32,000 nt of DNA, from contig OZ252279.1 of the NCBI GenBank assembly GCA_965250005.1, forward strand, positions 540,001 to 572,000. The letters run 5' to 3'. Below the pieces are notes generated by a model that did not search any database, had not been told where the DNA came from, and worked only from the letters and a program-made list of their open reading frames with translations. Position numbers and translations under genes: made by a program. Shown here one piece after another: positions 14,820 through 23,765 of this stretch (within the stretch, counting starts at the first letter, position 1; the number at the start of each line of letters is the position of its first letter). This DNA comes from Demequinaceae bacterium (GTDB lineage Bacteria; Actinomycetota; Actinomycetes; Actinomycetales; Demequinaceae).

Positions 14820-16124
14820 CTATACCCCTTGGGTTCCGACGGACTGGCCCTGCTTCTGGCCGCCCTCACGTCCGGCGAGTCGGTTAAACTCCTCGACGTG
14901 GTGGCACTTCTCTAGCCCGGTCTCGTACGAAATCTTGTTGATGCGCACCAACTCAGCCAAGTGCTGGTCCATGGTGTGCATACCGAGTGACGACCCTGCC
15001 TGCATCGCGGAGTAAATCTGGTGCGTCTTGCCCTCGCGAACCAGGTTACGAATAGCAGACGTCGCGATCAGCACTTCTGTGGCGACAGCGCGGCCGGGTC
15101 CGTCGCTGCGCTTGCACAATGTCTGACAGACAACCCCCTGAAGCGCGGTCGCTAACTGTGTCCTAATCTGACCCTGCTGGTGCGACGGGAATACATCGAT
15201 CACGCGGTCGATCGTCTGCGCCGCGTCCTGGGTGTGAAGGGTCGCGAATACCAGGTGGCCGGTCTCCGCAGCTGTCAGCGCCACAGAAACTGTTTCGAGG
15301 TCGCGCATCTCGCCCACCAAGATAATATCCGGGTCCTGACGCAACACGTGCTTCAGGGCGTTTCCAAAAGAGTGTGTGTCGGCGCCAACCTCGCGCTGGT
15401 TAACAAGCGACTTCTTGTGGCGGTGGAGGAACTCGATGGGATCCTCAACGGTCATGATGTGATCACTGCGGCTGCGGTTCGCAAGATCAATAATCGACGC
15501 CAGCGTCGTGGATTTGCCGGATCCCGTCGGTCCGGTAACAAGCACCAACCCGCGCGGAATCCCCGCGAAGTTTCCCACGACTGGAGGGATACCGAGGGAC
15601 TCGAGAGGCTGAATCTCGTAAGGGATGATGCGGAAAGCCGCACCCAGCGAATCGCGCTGCTGGTAGAGGTTCACGCGAAAACGCGCCTCCCCCACTAGCG
15701 CGTACGCGAAGTCAAGTTCGAGTTCCGCCTCAAACTGCTCTCGCTGCTTTTGGGAAAGGATGCTGTACATCACTCGCTGGACGGCGTCGGGTTTCAGGAG
15801 CGCAAACCCCTCGAGTTGCGTAAGCGCGCCGTCGACACGCGCCATAGGCGGTGCGCCTACCGTGATGTGAAGGTCGGATCCACCCATCGCAAGCATCTTG
15901 CGAAGCGCGCCAGAAAGGTCCAGGTCGTCCGGCTGAGAATCTCTGCTGAGTCCAACACGCCCGGCCCCAGCTGAAGCCGCCTGTGCCGCCTGCGGAGCGG
16001 GCGCCGATCCGGGTGCTGGAGGAACAGTTGCCGTCGAGGCGCCAGCTGCCGGACTTGCTTGCGCAGCGCGCGCCTGGGAGCGAGTCACTTGGCCCTGTGC
16101 CAACTCATGCGGGCTCTGCGTCAC
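14820..16124 (-). CDS. pilT: type IV pilus retraction ATPase PilT with about 70-aa Ala/Pro/Gln-rich N-terminal extension
   Basis: 434-aa ORF. Walker A GPTGSGKSTT, Walker B ILVGEMRD, His box LVFATLHT and the PilT-specific AIRNLVREGK are all present. GTG start at 16124 with GGGAG 7 nt upstream. Confidence 0.92.
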   Translation of the reverse strand: MTQSPHELAQGQVTRSQARAAQASPAAGASTATVPPAPGSAPAPQAAQAASAGAGRVGLSRDSQPDDLDLSGALRKMLAMGGSDLHITVGAPPMARVDGALTQLEGFALLKPDAVQRVMYSILSQKQREQFEAELELDFAYALVGEARFRVNLYQQRDSLGAAFRIIPYEIQPLESLGIPPVVGNFAGIPRGLVLVTGPTGSGKSTTLASIIDLANRSRSDHIMTVEDPIEFLHRHKKSLVNQREVGADTHSFGNALKHVLRQDPDIILVGEMRDLETVSVALTAAETGHLVFATLHTQDAAQTIDRVIDVFPSHQQGQIRTQLATALQGVVCQTLCKRSDGPGRAVATEVLIATSAIRNLVREGKTHQIYSAMQAGSSLGMHTMDQHLAELVRINKISYETGLEKCHHVEEFNRLAGREGGQKQGQSVGTQGV

Positions 16125-16201
16125 AACTTTTCTCCCGGTCTTGCGTCGAGTTGATAGCGACTGCTGTCTTATCGACCATTTTGGACAATTCTTGAGCGGC
16201 G

Positions 16202-17860
16202 CTACTTAGCGACGCGGAACAACTCCTCGATTGACGTCAGGCCCTCCTGAACCTTGGTCCAACCGTCCTGGAGCAGCGTCTGCATTCCCTGCTCTTTTGC
16301 GACCTTCGCGATCTCGGCAGACGAAGCGCGCGCCACCGCGAGCCTCTCGATATCCTCGGTGACTGTCATAACTTCGTGCAGCGCAAGCCTGCCGCGGTAG
16401 CCCGTGTTGGAGCAGGCGCTGCAGCCCTCTGGGCGAAATAGGATAGGCACCTTGTTTCCGGTCCACCCGAATCGTTCCTTGAGCGCGTCGGCCTCGGGTT
16501 CGTACTCACTTTTGCACTTAGTACACAGCAAGCGGGCAAGTCGCTGGGCGACGACACAGTCAATTGCGGAGCCAACGAGGAACGGTTCGATGTCCATCTC
16601 GATTAGTCGCGTGATAGCGCTCGGCGCATCGTTGGTGTGAAGAGTCGACAGCACGAGGTGTCCGGTGAGTGCCGCTTCAATCGCAATCTGCGCGGTCTCG
16701 TGGTCGCGGATCTCACCGACGAGCACAACGTCGGGGTCCGACCGCAAGATCGAGCGTAGGGCGCTCGCAAAAGTGAGCCCGGCCTTCACGTTTACCTGCA
16801 CTTGATTGATATTGGGAATCCGGTACTCAACGGGATCCTCAACCGTGATCACGTTGATTTCGGGGCGCGCCACCTGATTGAGCGTTGCGTACAACGTGGT
16901 TGACTTTCCCGACCCCGTAGGTCCTGTCACCAGAATCATTCCGTACGGCTTTTGGAACGACTCCTGATAACGCTCGTAGTTTTCTGGCCGAATGCCCAGG
17001 TCTTCAAGGTCCATCGTTGCCGTGGTGTTGTCGAGGATGCGCATGACGATCTTCTCGCCCCACACGGTTGGCAGGGTGGCGACGCGGAGGTCAATCTTGC
17101 GTCCCTGGTGGTTGACGGAGAGTCGACCATCCTGGGGCCGGCGGCGTTCTGCGATATCCACGTCAGCCATGATTTTGAGGCGCGAGATCACTCCGTTCTG
17201 GATTGCCTTCGCGGCCCGCTGCATCTCGTGGAGCACGCCGTCAATGCGGTACCGGACGCGCATGTCCTTCTCGGCTGGCTCGATGTGAATATCCGAGGCT
17301 CGGTCCTGGATCGCCTGGGTAATGAGCAGGTTGACGAACCGGACGATTGGCGCATCGTCCTCGATGACGTCGCCCATGCCGTCTGCTTCGCCATCAGAAT
17401 TATCTTCGAGCGAGTCCTGGAGGTCGTCCAACTCGCTATCGGCACGACAGAACCGGTCGATTGCCGCGACCACGTCGTCGTGCGCGGCCACCACGGGGAT
17501 GACCTCACGGTTAGTGAGGGTGCGGAAATCATCTACGGCAACCACATTGCCTGGGTTGGACATGGCAATCCGAATGACGCCTTCGTCAATCCCGATCGGC
17601 AGCGCCGTGTGGCGCCGGCAAACCTGAGCGGGAACCAGGGCGACGGCGGCTTGGTCTACCGGATAGTCGGCGAGTTCGACGAACTCCATGCCTACCTGAC
17701 TCGCAAGAGCACGAACCAGCTGAGCTTCCGATATCAGCCCGAGCTCGACAAGCGTGCGCCCCAGAGACTGGCCTCGCTTCTGCTGCTCGTCGATGGCATC
17801 CATCAACTGCTCTTCAGACAGCGAACCGTCCTCAAGAAGGATGGAACCCAGTTGCTTCAC
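16202..17860 (-). CDS. pilB: type IV pilus extension ATPase PilB (GspE family)
   Basis: 552-aa ORF. N-terminal T2SSE_N/MshEN-like repeats, Walker A GPTGSGKSTT, VLVGEIRD, LVLSTLHTNDA, and the tetracysteine CTKC...CSAC typical of extension ATPases. GTG start with GAGGGAG upstream. Confidence 0.93.
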   Translation of the reverse strand: MKQLGSILLEDGSLSEEQLMDAIDEQQKRGQSLGRTLVELGLISEAQLVRALASQVGMEFVELADYPVDQAAVALVPAQVCRRHTALPIGIDEGVIRIAMSNPGNVVAVDDFRTLTNREVIPVVAAHDDVVAAIDRFCRADSELDDLQDSLEDNSDGEADGMGDVIEDDAPIVRFVNLLITQAIQDRASDIHIEPAEKDMRVRYRIDGVLHEMQRAAKAIQNGVISRLKIMADVDIAERRRPQDGRLSVNHQGRKIDLRVATLPTVWGEKIVMRILDNTTATMDLEDLGIRPENYERYQESFQKPYGMILVTGPTGSGKSTTLYATLNQVARPEINVITVEDPVEYRIPNINQVQVNVKAGLTFASALRSILRSDPDVVLVGEIRDHETAQIAIEAALTGHLVLSTLHTNDAPSAITRLIEMDIEPFLVGSAIDCVVAQRLARLLCTKCKSEYEPEADALKERFGWTGNKVPILFRPEGCSACSNTGYRGRLALHEVMTVTEDIERLAVARASSAEIAKVAKEQGMQTLLQDGWTKVQEGLTSIEELFRVAK

Positions 17861-17883
17861 GGTGACTCCCTCAATGTCTTGTG

Positions 17884-17913
17884 ACTCTACGCCTGCCTAT
17901 CTTGCGAAGGTAA
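17884..17913 (-). promoter_or_regulatory. weak candidate promoter in the aroE-pilB gap
   Basis: mRNA sense TTACCT-18 nt-TAGAGT. The -10 fits the actinobacterial TAnnnT pattern and the -35 is poor. It lies about 25 nt upstream of the pilB start. Sequence pattern only. Confidence 0.2.
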
Positions 17914-17931
17914 CACCCAGATGGGGCAATG

Positions 17932-18777
17932 TCACCGAAAACGGAGTGAGAGATGTGACACAAGTGCAACGTCCATTTGTCCGATTGGCGCAGCTCTACC
18001 TGTCATAAGTCTGACCTGCTCGGCTGCCTGCATCAACAACATTCGCGTGCCGCCGACAGTTGTCCCACCCCGCTCTGACCACGCCTCTTGGAGCGGTGTC
18101 TCGGGAGGGTCGTAGACGGCGTCCATGAGGAACGCGCCCGGCTGAACATCCAATAGCGCCTTGCCCAACTCGCCACCGACCTCTGCAGGGACTGTGGAGA
18201 CCACCGCATCCGCGCGTGCGAGCGCGGACGGCGCTGACCCGAAATCGGTGAACCTGGGCTCGCTTCCCATCTTGGCTGCCGCGCGGATGAGGCCGCCTGT
18301 GCGCGCACGATTCCGCACCACAATCGTGGGTGCCTTGCAGCCCAGTTCCGCGACCGCGGCCATGGCCGCGGTCGCCGTCGCACCTCCACCGAGGATCACA
18401 CCTTCGTTTACGGACTCAGAGCCCGCCTCGCGCAGCGCCTGCTTCACGCCGTAAACGTCCGTGTTGGCTCCGACAAGGTTTCTGGTACCCCCGCCGCCGT
18501 CGAAGAGAACAGTGTTGACCGCCCCCAGCATCTTGGCCATGGGCTCCACAAAGTGCAGGTGCGCGAGCGCCTCAACCTTGAGCGGCATGGTGAGGCTCAA
18601 ACCAGCCCAACTGGCGTCGAGCCCCGCAATGAATCCTTCGAGTTGGTCGGCGGTCACGTCGTATGCATTGTACTCCCAATCAAGCCCGAGCGCCTGGTAT
18701 GCCGCCCGGTGCAGGACCGGCGACAGCGAGTGCTCGATAGGGTGCCCGAGCACGCCGGCCTTGCGGACGGCGGTCAT
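17932..18777 (-). CDS. aroE: shikimate dehydrogenase
   Basis: 281-aa ORF. GVLGHPIEHSLSPVLHRAAY (substrate-binding SxS motif) and the glycine-rich LGGGATATAA NADP site. Confidence 0.9.
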   Translation of the reverse strand: MTAVRKAGVLGHPIEHSLSPVLHRAAYQALGLDWEYNAYDVTADQLEGFIAGLDASWAGLSLTMPLKVEALAHLHFVEPMAKMLGAVNTVLFDGGGGTRNLVGANTDVYGVKQALREAGSESVNEGVILGGGATATAAMAAVAELGCKAPTIVVRNRARTGGLIRAAAKMGSEPRFTDFGSAPSALARADAVVSTVPAEVGGELGKALLDVQPGAFLMDAVYDPPETPLQEAWSERGGTTVGGTRMLLMQAAEQVRLMTGRAAPIGQMDVALVSHLSLRFR

Positions 18778-18784
18778 CGACCCG

Positions 18785-19909
18785 CTAGCCGCCGTTCTCT
18801 GCGAGCCAAGTTCTTAGGATCTCGACGTTGTTGAGGTGGTCTGCGTACGTCGTCGCGTAGCGCGTCTCACCGGTGATCATGTCGACTGTGACAAAGAATA
18901 TGTAGGGCGTATCCGCGGGGCTAATCGCGGCCTTGATGGTTGCCTCCCCCGCTCCGGCAATCGGGCCGGGGGGCAGCCCTACGTACTTGTAGGTGTTGTA
19001 GGGCGAGTCGATAGCGCGTGCTTCGGCAGTGGTGAATACGTTGCCGTAGTCGCCCGTCAAGTACGTAATGGTCGAGTCCATCTCGAGGGGCATTTCCCTC
19101 CCGAGCCGGTTGTAGATCACGCTCGCGACCAGCGGTCGGTCGACCTCAAGACGGCTTTCGCGCTCGACAATTGAGGCGACAGTAAGGATCCGATTCCGGT
19201 CCTTGGGTGCGACGCCATAGCTGTCGAGAATCCTGACAGTAGTTCCCACCATCTCGGCAAGCACGTCTGTGGCGTCAACGTCCGGATTGAACGCGTACGT
19301 CGCGGGGAACAGCCATCCCTCGATGTTTCCGTTCGCCTCCTCCGGCAGGCCGATCGCGGAAGTGTCCTCTGCAGCCGCCTGAACGTCCTCGAGGGGGATG
19401 CCCGTAAGTGCGGCGATCCGGTCGTAGACGTACGAAACCGGCTTGCCCTCCACAATGGTCAGCCTCACCTCATCGCGATTCTCGCTGTCCAGCAACGCAA
19501 GCAGTGCGTACTCCGCTTTCATCTCTCGCTGGAGAAAGTAGTACCCGGGGCTGATACCACGCGCGGCCTCGGGGTTGGCGTACGTCTCCAAGATAAAAGC
19601 ATCCGTGGACGCAACCACGCCAGCAGCATAAAGGGTCGCTGCGATGTCGTCGCCGCCGTCCCCCGCGTTGACTATAACTCGCACCTGGCCCTGCCCAGCG
19701 CCTTCAAAATCAGGAATCTCTACCGCTGTGCTCTTGAACGACTGAATCACTTCCCAGCTCGCGGACGCGGCGACAGCGAAAACGACCATGGCGATCGATG
19801 TGGCGATAAGAGTGCGCGCGCGGCGGTCGCGCCTGCGGACTTCGCGCTGCATGCGACGGAGGTCCAACGACGTGGTTGTCTCCGTGCCTGCCTCGAACAG
19901 ATCAGTCAT
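18785..19909 (-). CDS. mltG: endolytic murein transglycosylase MltG (YceG-like)
   Basis: 374-aa ORF. N-terminal TM anchor, LTVASIVERESRL (catalytic Glu region), and the conserved ruvX-mltG-aroE order. Confidence 0.88.
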   Translation of the reverse strand: MTDLFEAGTETTTSLDLRRMQREVRRRDRRARTLIATSIAMVVFAVAASASWEVIQSFKSTAVEIPDFEGAGQGQVRVIVNAGDGGDDIAATLYAAGVVASTDAFILETYANPEAARGISPGYYFLQREMKAEYALLALLDSENRDEVRLTIVEGKPVSYVYDRIAALTGIPLEDVQAAAEDTSAIGLPEEANGNIEGWLFPATYAFNPDVDATDVLAEMVGTTVRILDSYGVAPKDRNRILTVASIVERESRLEVDRPLVASVIYNRLGREMPLEMDSTITYLTGDYGNVFTTAEARAIDSPYNTYKYVGLPPGPIAGAGEATIKAAISPADTPYIFFVTVDMITGETRYATTYADHLNNVEILRTWLAENGG

Positions 19910-20414
19910 GTCTCCCCTTGCGCGAGACCGGCTCGGTCACGCTGTTGATGTTGCCGCGCTTCTCAGTATCTAGCGCATTCTCCAAAATGACCACTGCCGC
20001 TTGCTGGTCTACCACGTTTCGTTGCTGCTTTACCGACAGGCCCGCTTGGCTCATCGCGTGGCTGGCGGTTGCGCTAGAAAACCTCTCGTCAATTAAACGG
20101 ACGGGGGCATCGAGGTGTTCCGCGAGTTGCTTGGCGAAGTCTCGCGCATCTGCGGCCGACGCACCCTCCTGGCCCTTGAGCGTCCTGGGCAGGCCAACGA
20201 ACACCGACACCGCGCTTCGCTCGCGCGCAATCGCTGCTACCTCGGCAGCAGCGATCTCGGCACGATTCACTGTGCCGAGGGGAAACGCCATGATGCCATC
20301 CAGATCGCTAGCGGCAATCCCCACGCGCACGGTTCCAACGTCTACACCGATGCGGACACCGGGCGCGAAGTCGATCGCAGCCCTCGCCGAGGCTTCGTTC
20401 GCCACGCTATCCAC
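19902..20414 (-). CDS. ruvX: putative pre-16S rRNA nuclease / Holliday junction resolvase-like YqgF
   Basis: 170-aa ORF. GVRIGVDVGTVRVGIAASD matches the YqgF N-terminal motif. GTG start overlaps the alaS end. An alternative GTG at 20405 is possible. Confidence 0.88.
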   Translation of the reverse strand: MDSVANEASARAAIDFAPGVRIGVDVGTVRVGIAASDLDGIMAFPLGTVNRAEIAAAEVAAIARERSAVSVFVGLPRTLKGQEGASAADARDFAKQLAEHLDAPVRLIDERFSSATASHAMSQAGLSVKQQRNVVDQQAAVVILENALDTEKRGNINSVTEPVSRKGRHD

Positions 20415-23073
20415 GGTTCTTCACAGCGTCGACTACAGCGTCGAGCGCAGCGGACATCTTCGACGCGTCCTGGCCGCCGCCTTGCGCGAGATCAGGCTTG
20501 CCGCCGCCGCCGCCGCCCAGGATCCTGGACGCGGTCTTAACGAGTTCGCCAGCCTTGACGCCCGCGTCCCGCGCGCCTTGGTTGGTTCCGATGACGATGA
20601 ACGGCTTACCATCCGCAGCACCCGCGATTGCGACGACAACGGGAACCGAGTCGCCGAGTCGCTGACGCACGTCAGTCACCAACGTGCGCGCGTCGTCGGC
20701 GCTGCCTACTGCAACTGCGTGGTGAGCGACGACGCTAAGCCCGGAGGCGTCCATTGCGGCGGCAGCAATCTCTTCTGACGCGCCGAGCATGGCCTGCTGC
20801 TGGAACTTCGCGAGGCTCTTCTCTGCTTCCTGCAAACGCTCGAGCAACTTCTCGATGCGTGGGACGATATCGCTGGGCTGAACCTTGAGCGTCGACGTGA
20901 GCTCGCTCACGAGCGCGCGCTCGGCAGCGAGGTGCTGGAACGCCTCGATGCCCACGAATGCTTCAATGCGGCGCGACCCGGAGCCAACGGAGGCCTCCCC
21001 AGTTACCGCCACCATGCCCACCTGACTGGAGTGTTCGACGTGCGTACCGCCGCAGAGTTCGCGCGACCACGGTCCGCCAATCTGGACGGTCCGCACCTCC
21101 TCGCCGTAGGTCTCGCCGAAGAGCGCGATCGCGCCCCATTCCTTGGCGGCGGGGAGCGACATGTACTCGGCCGTCACCCCGAGGTCCCTGCGAATTGCCC
21201 GGTTGGTCACTTCTTCGACCTCGCTACGGGCTTCGGCGCTCAGCGCGCTCGGGTGTGAAAAGTCGAGCCGCAGGTAGCCGGGCTTGTTGTACGAACCAGA
21301 CTGCAGGGCGTCGGGGCCGAGCACCTCGCGGAGCGCAGCGTGAAGGAGGTGCGTCCCGGAGTGGGACTGGCGGGCTCCGAGGCGCCACTCAGCGTCAACC
21401 TGGGCGGAGACTTCCTCGCCAACAGCAACCTCGCCTTCGGCGACCTTAACCGTATGGACGATGAGGCCCTTGACCGGGCGCTGTACATCCAGAACCTCGA
21501 GCGTCCCGCCTGATGCCTGGATGATGCCCGCGTCGGACTCCTGCCCGCCCGACTCCGCGTAGAACGGGGTCTGGGGGAGGATGACTTCGACCGTGTCGCC
21601 CTGAGTGGCACTCTTGACGGCCTTGCCGTCCGCGAGCATGGCGCGAATCTCGCTCGCTGTCTGCAGTTCGGTGTATCCAGTGAACTCCGTCGCTGCCACT
21701 TCGCGCAGGCCTTGGTAGACCTTGGTGTCTGCGTGGCCGCCCTTTTTGGACTTGGCGTCCGCGCGGGCACGCTCCTTCTGCTCTTGCATGAGGGAGCGGA
21801 ACCCGTCTTCATCAACTTGAACGCCCTGCTCGTTTGCCATCTCGAGCGTGAGGTCGATCGGGAAGCCATACGTGTCGTGAAGCGCAAAGGCGTCGGCGGC
21901 GTCGAGCAGGTGGCCGCCGTCGGCCTTGGTCTTGGCCACCGCCGAATCGAGCTTGGTGGTGCCGGACACGAGCGTGCGCCGGAATGCGTCTTCCTCCGCG
22001 TATGCCACCTTGGAGATGCGGTCGAAGTCGTTCTCGACCTCGGGGTAAGAGGCCTTCATGACGCTCATCGATGCGGGCAGTAGCGAGGGCAGCGCGAGTC
22101 CCTCGACGCCGAGCAGTCGCATGGCGCGCACCGAGCGGCGCAGTAGGCGACGCAGCACGTAGCCCCGGCCCTCGTTGCCTGGGACCACGCCGTCGCTCAT
22201 GAGCATCAGGCCCGAGCGCACATGGTCCGCGACCACGCGCATGCGCACGTCGTCGTCGTCGTTCTTGCCGTACGTGCGGCCTGAGAGCTCTTCAGCGGCG
22301 TGGATGACAGGGACGACTTCGTCGATCTCATAGAGGTTGTCGACACCCTGCTTGAGGAACGCTACGCGCTCAAGCCCGAGGCCCGTATCGATGTTCTTCT
22401 GCTTGAGGTCGCCAAGGATGGGGAAGTCGTCCTTGCTGTCGCCCGCGCCGCGCTCGTACTGCATGAACACGAGGTTCCAGATTTCGATGTAGCGCTCTTC
22501 GTCGGCCTCCGGGCCGCCCTCCGCGCCAAACTTGGGCCCCCGGTCGATGAATATCTCCGAGCAGGGCCCTGCGGGGCCAGGCTGGCCGGTGGACCAGAAG
22601 TTGTCCTTCATCCCGCGCCGCTGAAGGCGCTCTGCGGGAAGGTCGGTGTGCTTGAGCCACAGGTCCGCGGCCTCGTCGTCATCCTCGAACACCGTGACCC
22701 ACACGAGCTCGGGGTCGAAGCCGTACTTGCCTTCGGACTCCGGTCCGGTAACCAGGTCCCACGCCATCTTGATGGCGTCTTCCTTGAAATAGTCGCCGAA
22801 CGAGAAGTTGCCGTTCATCTGGAAGAACGTGCCGTGACGCGTGGTCTTGCCCACCTCGTCGATGTCAAGCGTGCGAATGCACTTCTGGACGGAGACGGCG
22901 CGATCCCATGGGGGCGTTTGCTGCCCCAGCATGTACGGAATGAACGGAACCATCCCCGCCACTGTGAACAGCAGTGACGGGTCCGGGGACACGAGCGATG
23001 CGCTGGGTACTACCGTGTGGCCCTTGGCCTCAAAGTAGTCCAGCCATCGCTGGCGAATGTCCGCGGTAAGCAT
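20407..23073 (-). CDS. alaS: alanine--tRNA ligase
   Basis: 888-aa ORF. FTVAGMVPF, TRHGTFFQMNGNFSFGDYFK, the editing-domain HSGTHLLHAAL, and the C-terminal GGGGGGKPDLAQGGG. Confidence 0.97.
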   Translation of the reverse strand: MLTADIRQRWLDYFEAKGHTVVPSASLVSPDPSLLFTVAGMVPFIPYMLGQQTPPWDRAVSVQKCIRTLDIDEVGKTTRHGTFFQMNGNFSFGDYFKEDAIKMAWDLVTGPESEGKYGFDPELVWVTVFEDDDEAADLWLKHTDLPAERLQRRGMKDNFWSTGQPGPAGPCSEIFIDRGPKFGAEGGPEADEERYIEIWNLVFMQYERGAGDSKDDFPILGDLKQKNIDTGLGLERVAFLKQGVDNLYEIDEVVPVIHAAEELSGRTYGKNDDDDVRMRVVADHVRSGLMLMSDGVVPGNEGRGYVLRRLLRRSVRAMRLLGVEGLALPSLLPASMSVMKASYPEVENDFDRISKVAYAEEDAFRRTLVSGTTKLDSAVAKTKADGGHLLDAADAFALHDTYGFPIDLTLEMANEQGVQVDEDGFRSLMQEQKERARADAKSKKGGHADTKVYQGLREVAATEFTGYTELQTASEIRAMLADGKAVKSATQGDTVEVILPQTPFYAESGGQESDAGIIQASGGTLEVLDVQRPVKGLIVHTVKVAEGEVAVGEEVSAQVDAEWRLGARQSHSGTHLLHAALREVLGPDALQSGSYNKPGYLRLDFSHPSALSAEARSEVEEVTNRAIRRDLGVTAEYMSLPAAKEWGAIALFGETYGEEVRTVQIGGPWSRELCGGTHVEHSSQVGMVAVTGEASVGSGSRRIEAFVGIEAFQHLAAERALVSELTSTLKVQPSDIVPRIEKLLERLQEAEKSLAKFQQQAMLGASEEIAAAAMDASGLSVVAHHAVAVGSADDARTLVTDVRQRLGDSVPVVVAIAGAADGKPFIVIGTNQGARDAGVKAGELVKTASRILGGGGGGKPDLAQGGGQDASKMSAALDAVVDAVKNRG

Positions 23074-23098
23074 GGTTCCCTTTTACCAGCGGAGGCGG

Positions 23099-23725
23099 CT
23101 AGCGGGCGTAGAACTCGACGACTAGCTGCACTTCGCAGGTCACGGGGACCTCAGCGCGCTTGGGGCGACGCACCAACTTTGCCGTCAACTTCTCGAGTGA
23201 AACGTCCAGGTAGTCGGGCAACTCGGGGAGCAGGTCTGCGTGAGCTCCTGCGGCGGCTGCCATATACGGCTCCATGGTGGCGGCCTTCGGCTTGATCTGG
23301 ATGGTCTGCTCGGGCTTGACACGGAACGACGGCCGGTCAACGATCTGGCCGTCCACGAGGATGTGGCGGTGCAGAACTGCCTGGCGGGCCTGCAGGATGG
23401 TCCGGGCGAATCCAGAGCGCAAGATGAGCGCGTCAAGGCGCATCTCGAGCAACTCGACAAACGCCTCACCGGTCAAACCCGGCTCCTTGCGCGCTTCTTC
23501 GAATACGCGGGTCATCTGCTTCTCGCGGAGACCGTACTGGGCGCGTAGACGCTGCTTCTCGCGCAACCGAACGGCGTAATCCGATTCCTTGCGGCGGGCC
23601 GTACGGCCGTGCTCGCCCGGAGGGTAGGGTCGCTTCTCGAAGTGCTTGACGGCCTTGGGGGTGAGTGCAATGCCCAGGGCACGGGAAAGGCGCACCATAC
23701 GGCGCGCACGCTGAACTGAAGTCAC
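23099..23725 (-). CDS. rpsD: 30S ribosomal protein S4
   Basis: 208-aa ORF. FEKRPYPPGEHGR, YGLREKQ, and the S4 RNA-binding domain (RLDALILRSGFARTILQARQAVLHRHILVDG). GTG start with AAAGGA upstream. Confidence 0.93.
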   Translation of the reverse strand: MTSVQRARRMVRLSRALGIALTPKAVKHFEKRPYPPGEHGRTARRKESDYAVRLREKQRLRAQYGLREKQMTRVFEEARKEPGLTGEAFVELLEMRLDALILRSGFARTILQARQAVLHRHILVDGQIVDRPSFRVKPEQTIQIKPKAATMEPYMAAAAGAHADLLPELPDYLDVSLEKLTAKLVRRPKRAEVPVTCEVQLVVEFYAR

Positions 23726-23765
23726 AATTTTCCTTTAACCACGTGGCGCGCGAGTGCGCACCGTT

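Noticed and set aside
5231-17860. Considered a Tad/Flp pilus or a ComG competence pseudopilus instead of T4aP
   Set aside because: Tad systems use short Flp pilins, the TadA ATPase, TadB/C and TadV, and lack PilT/PilMNO. Com systems lack PilT and PilMNO. Here the pilin is a long GFTLIELLVV type, and PilT (AIRNLVREGK) and PilM/N/O are present.
16952-17884. 310-aa plus-strand ORF antisense to pilB. Similar long antisense ORFs occur at 12945..13685, 19876..20778, 22300..22977, 28837..29625 (out-of-frame ORF on the same minus strand as aspS/hisS) and 31399..31998.
   Set aside because: All are fully overlapped by strongly motif-supported genes on the other strand or in another frame. Their composition (Arg/Pro/Ala/Gly-rich, few Lys/Ile/Phe/Asn) is what is expected from stop-poor frames in high-GC sequence.
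20488-20520. GCC-rich run (gccgccgcc...gccgccgccgccgcc) near the 3-prime end of alaS
   Set aside because: It encodes the conserved C-terminal GGGGGGKPDLAQGGG glycine motif of AlaRS and is not an independent repeat element.
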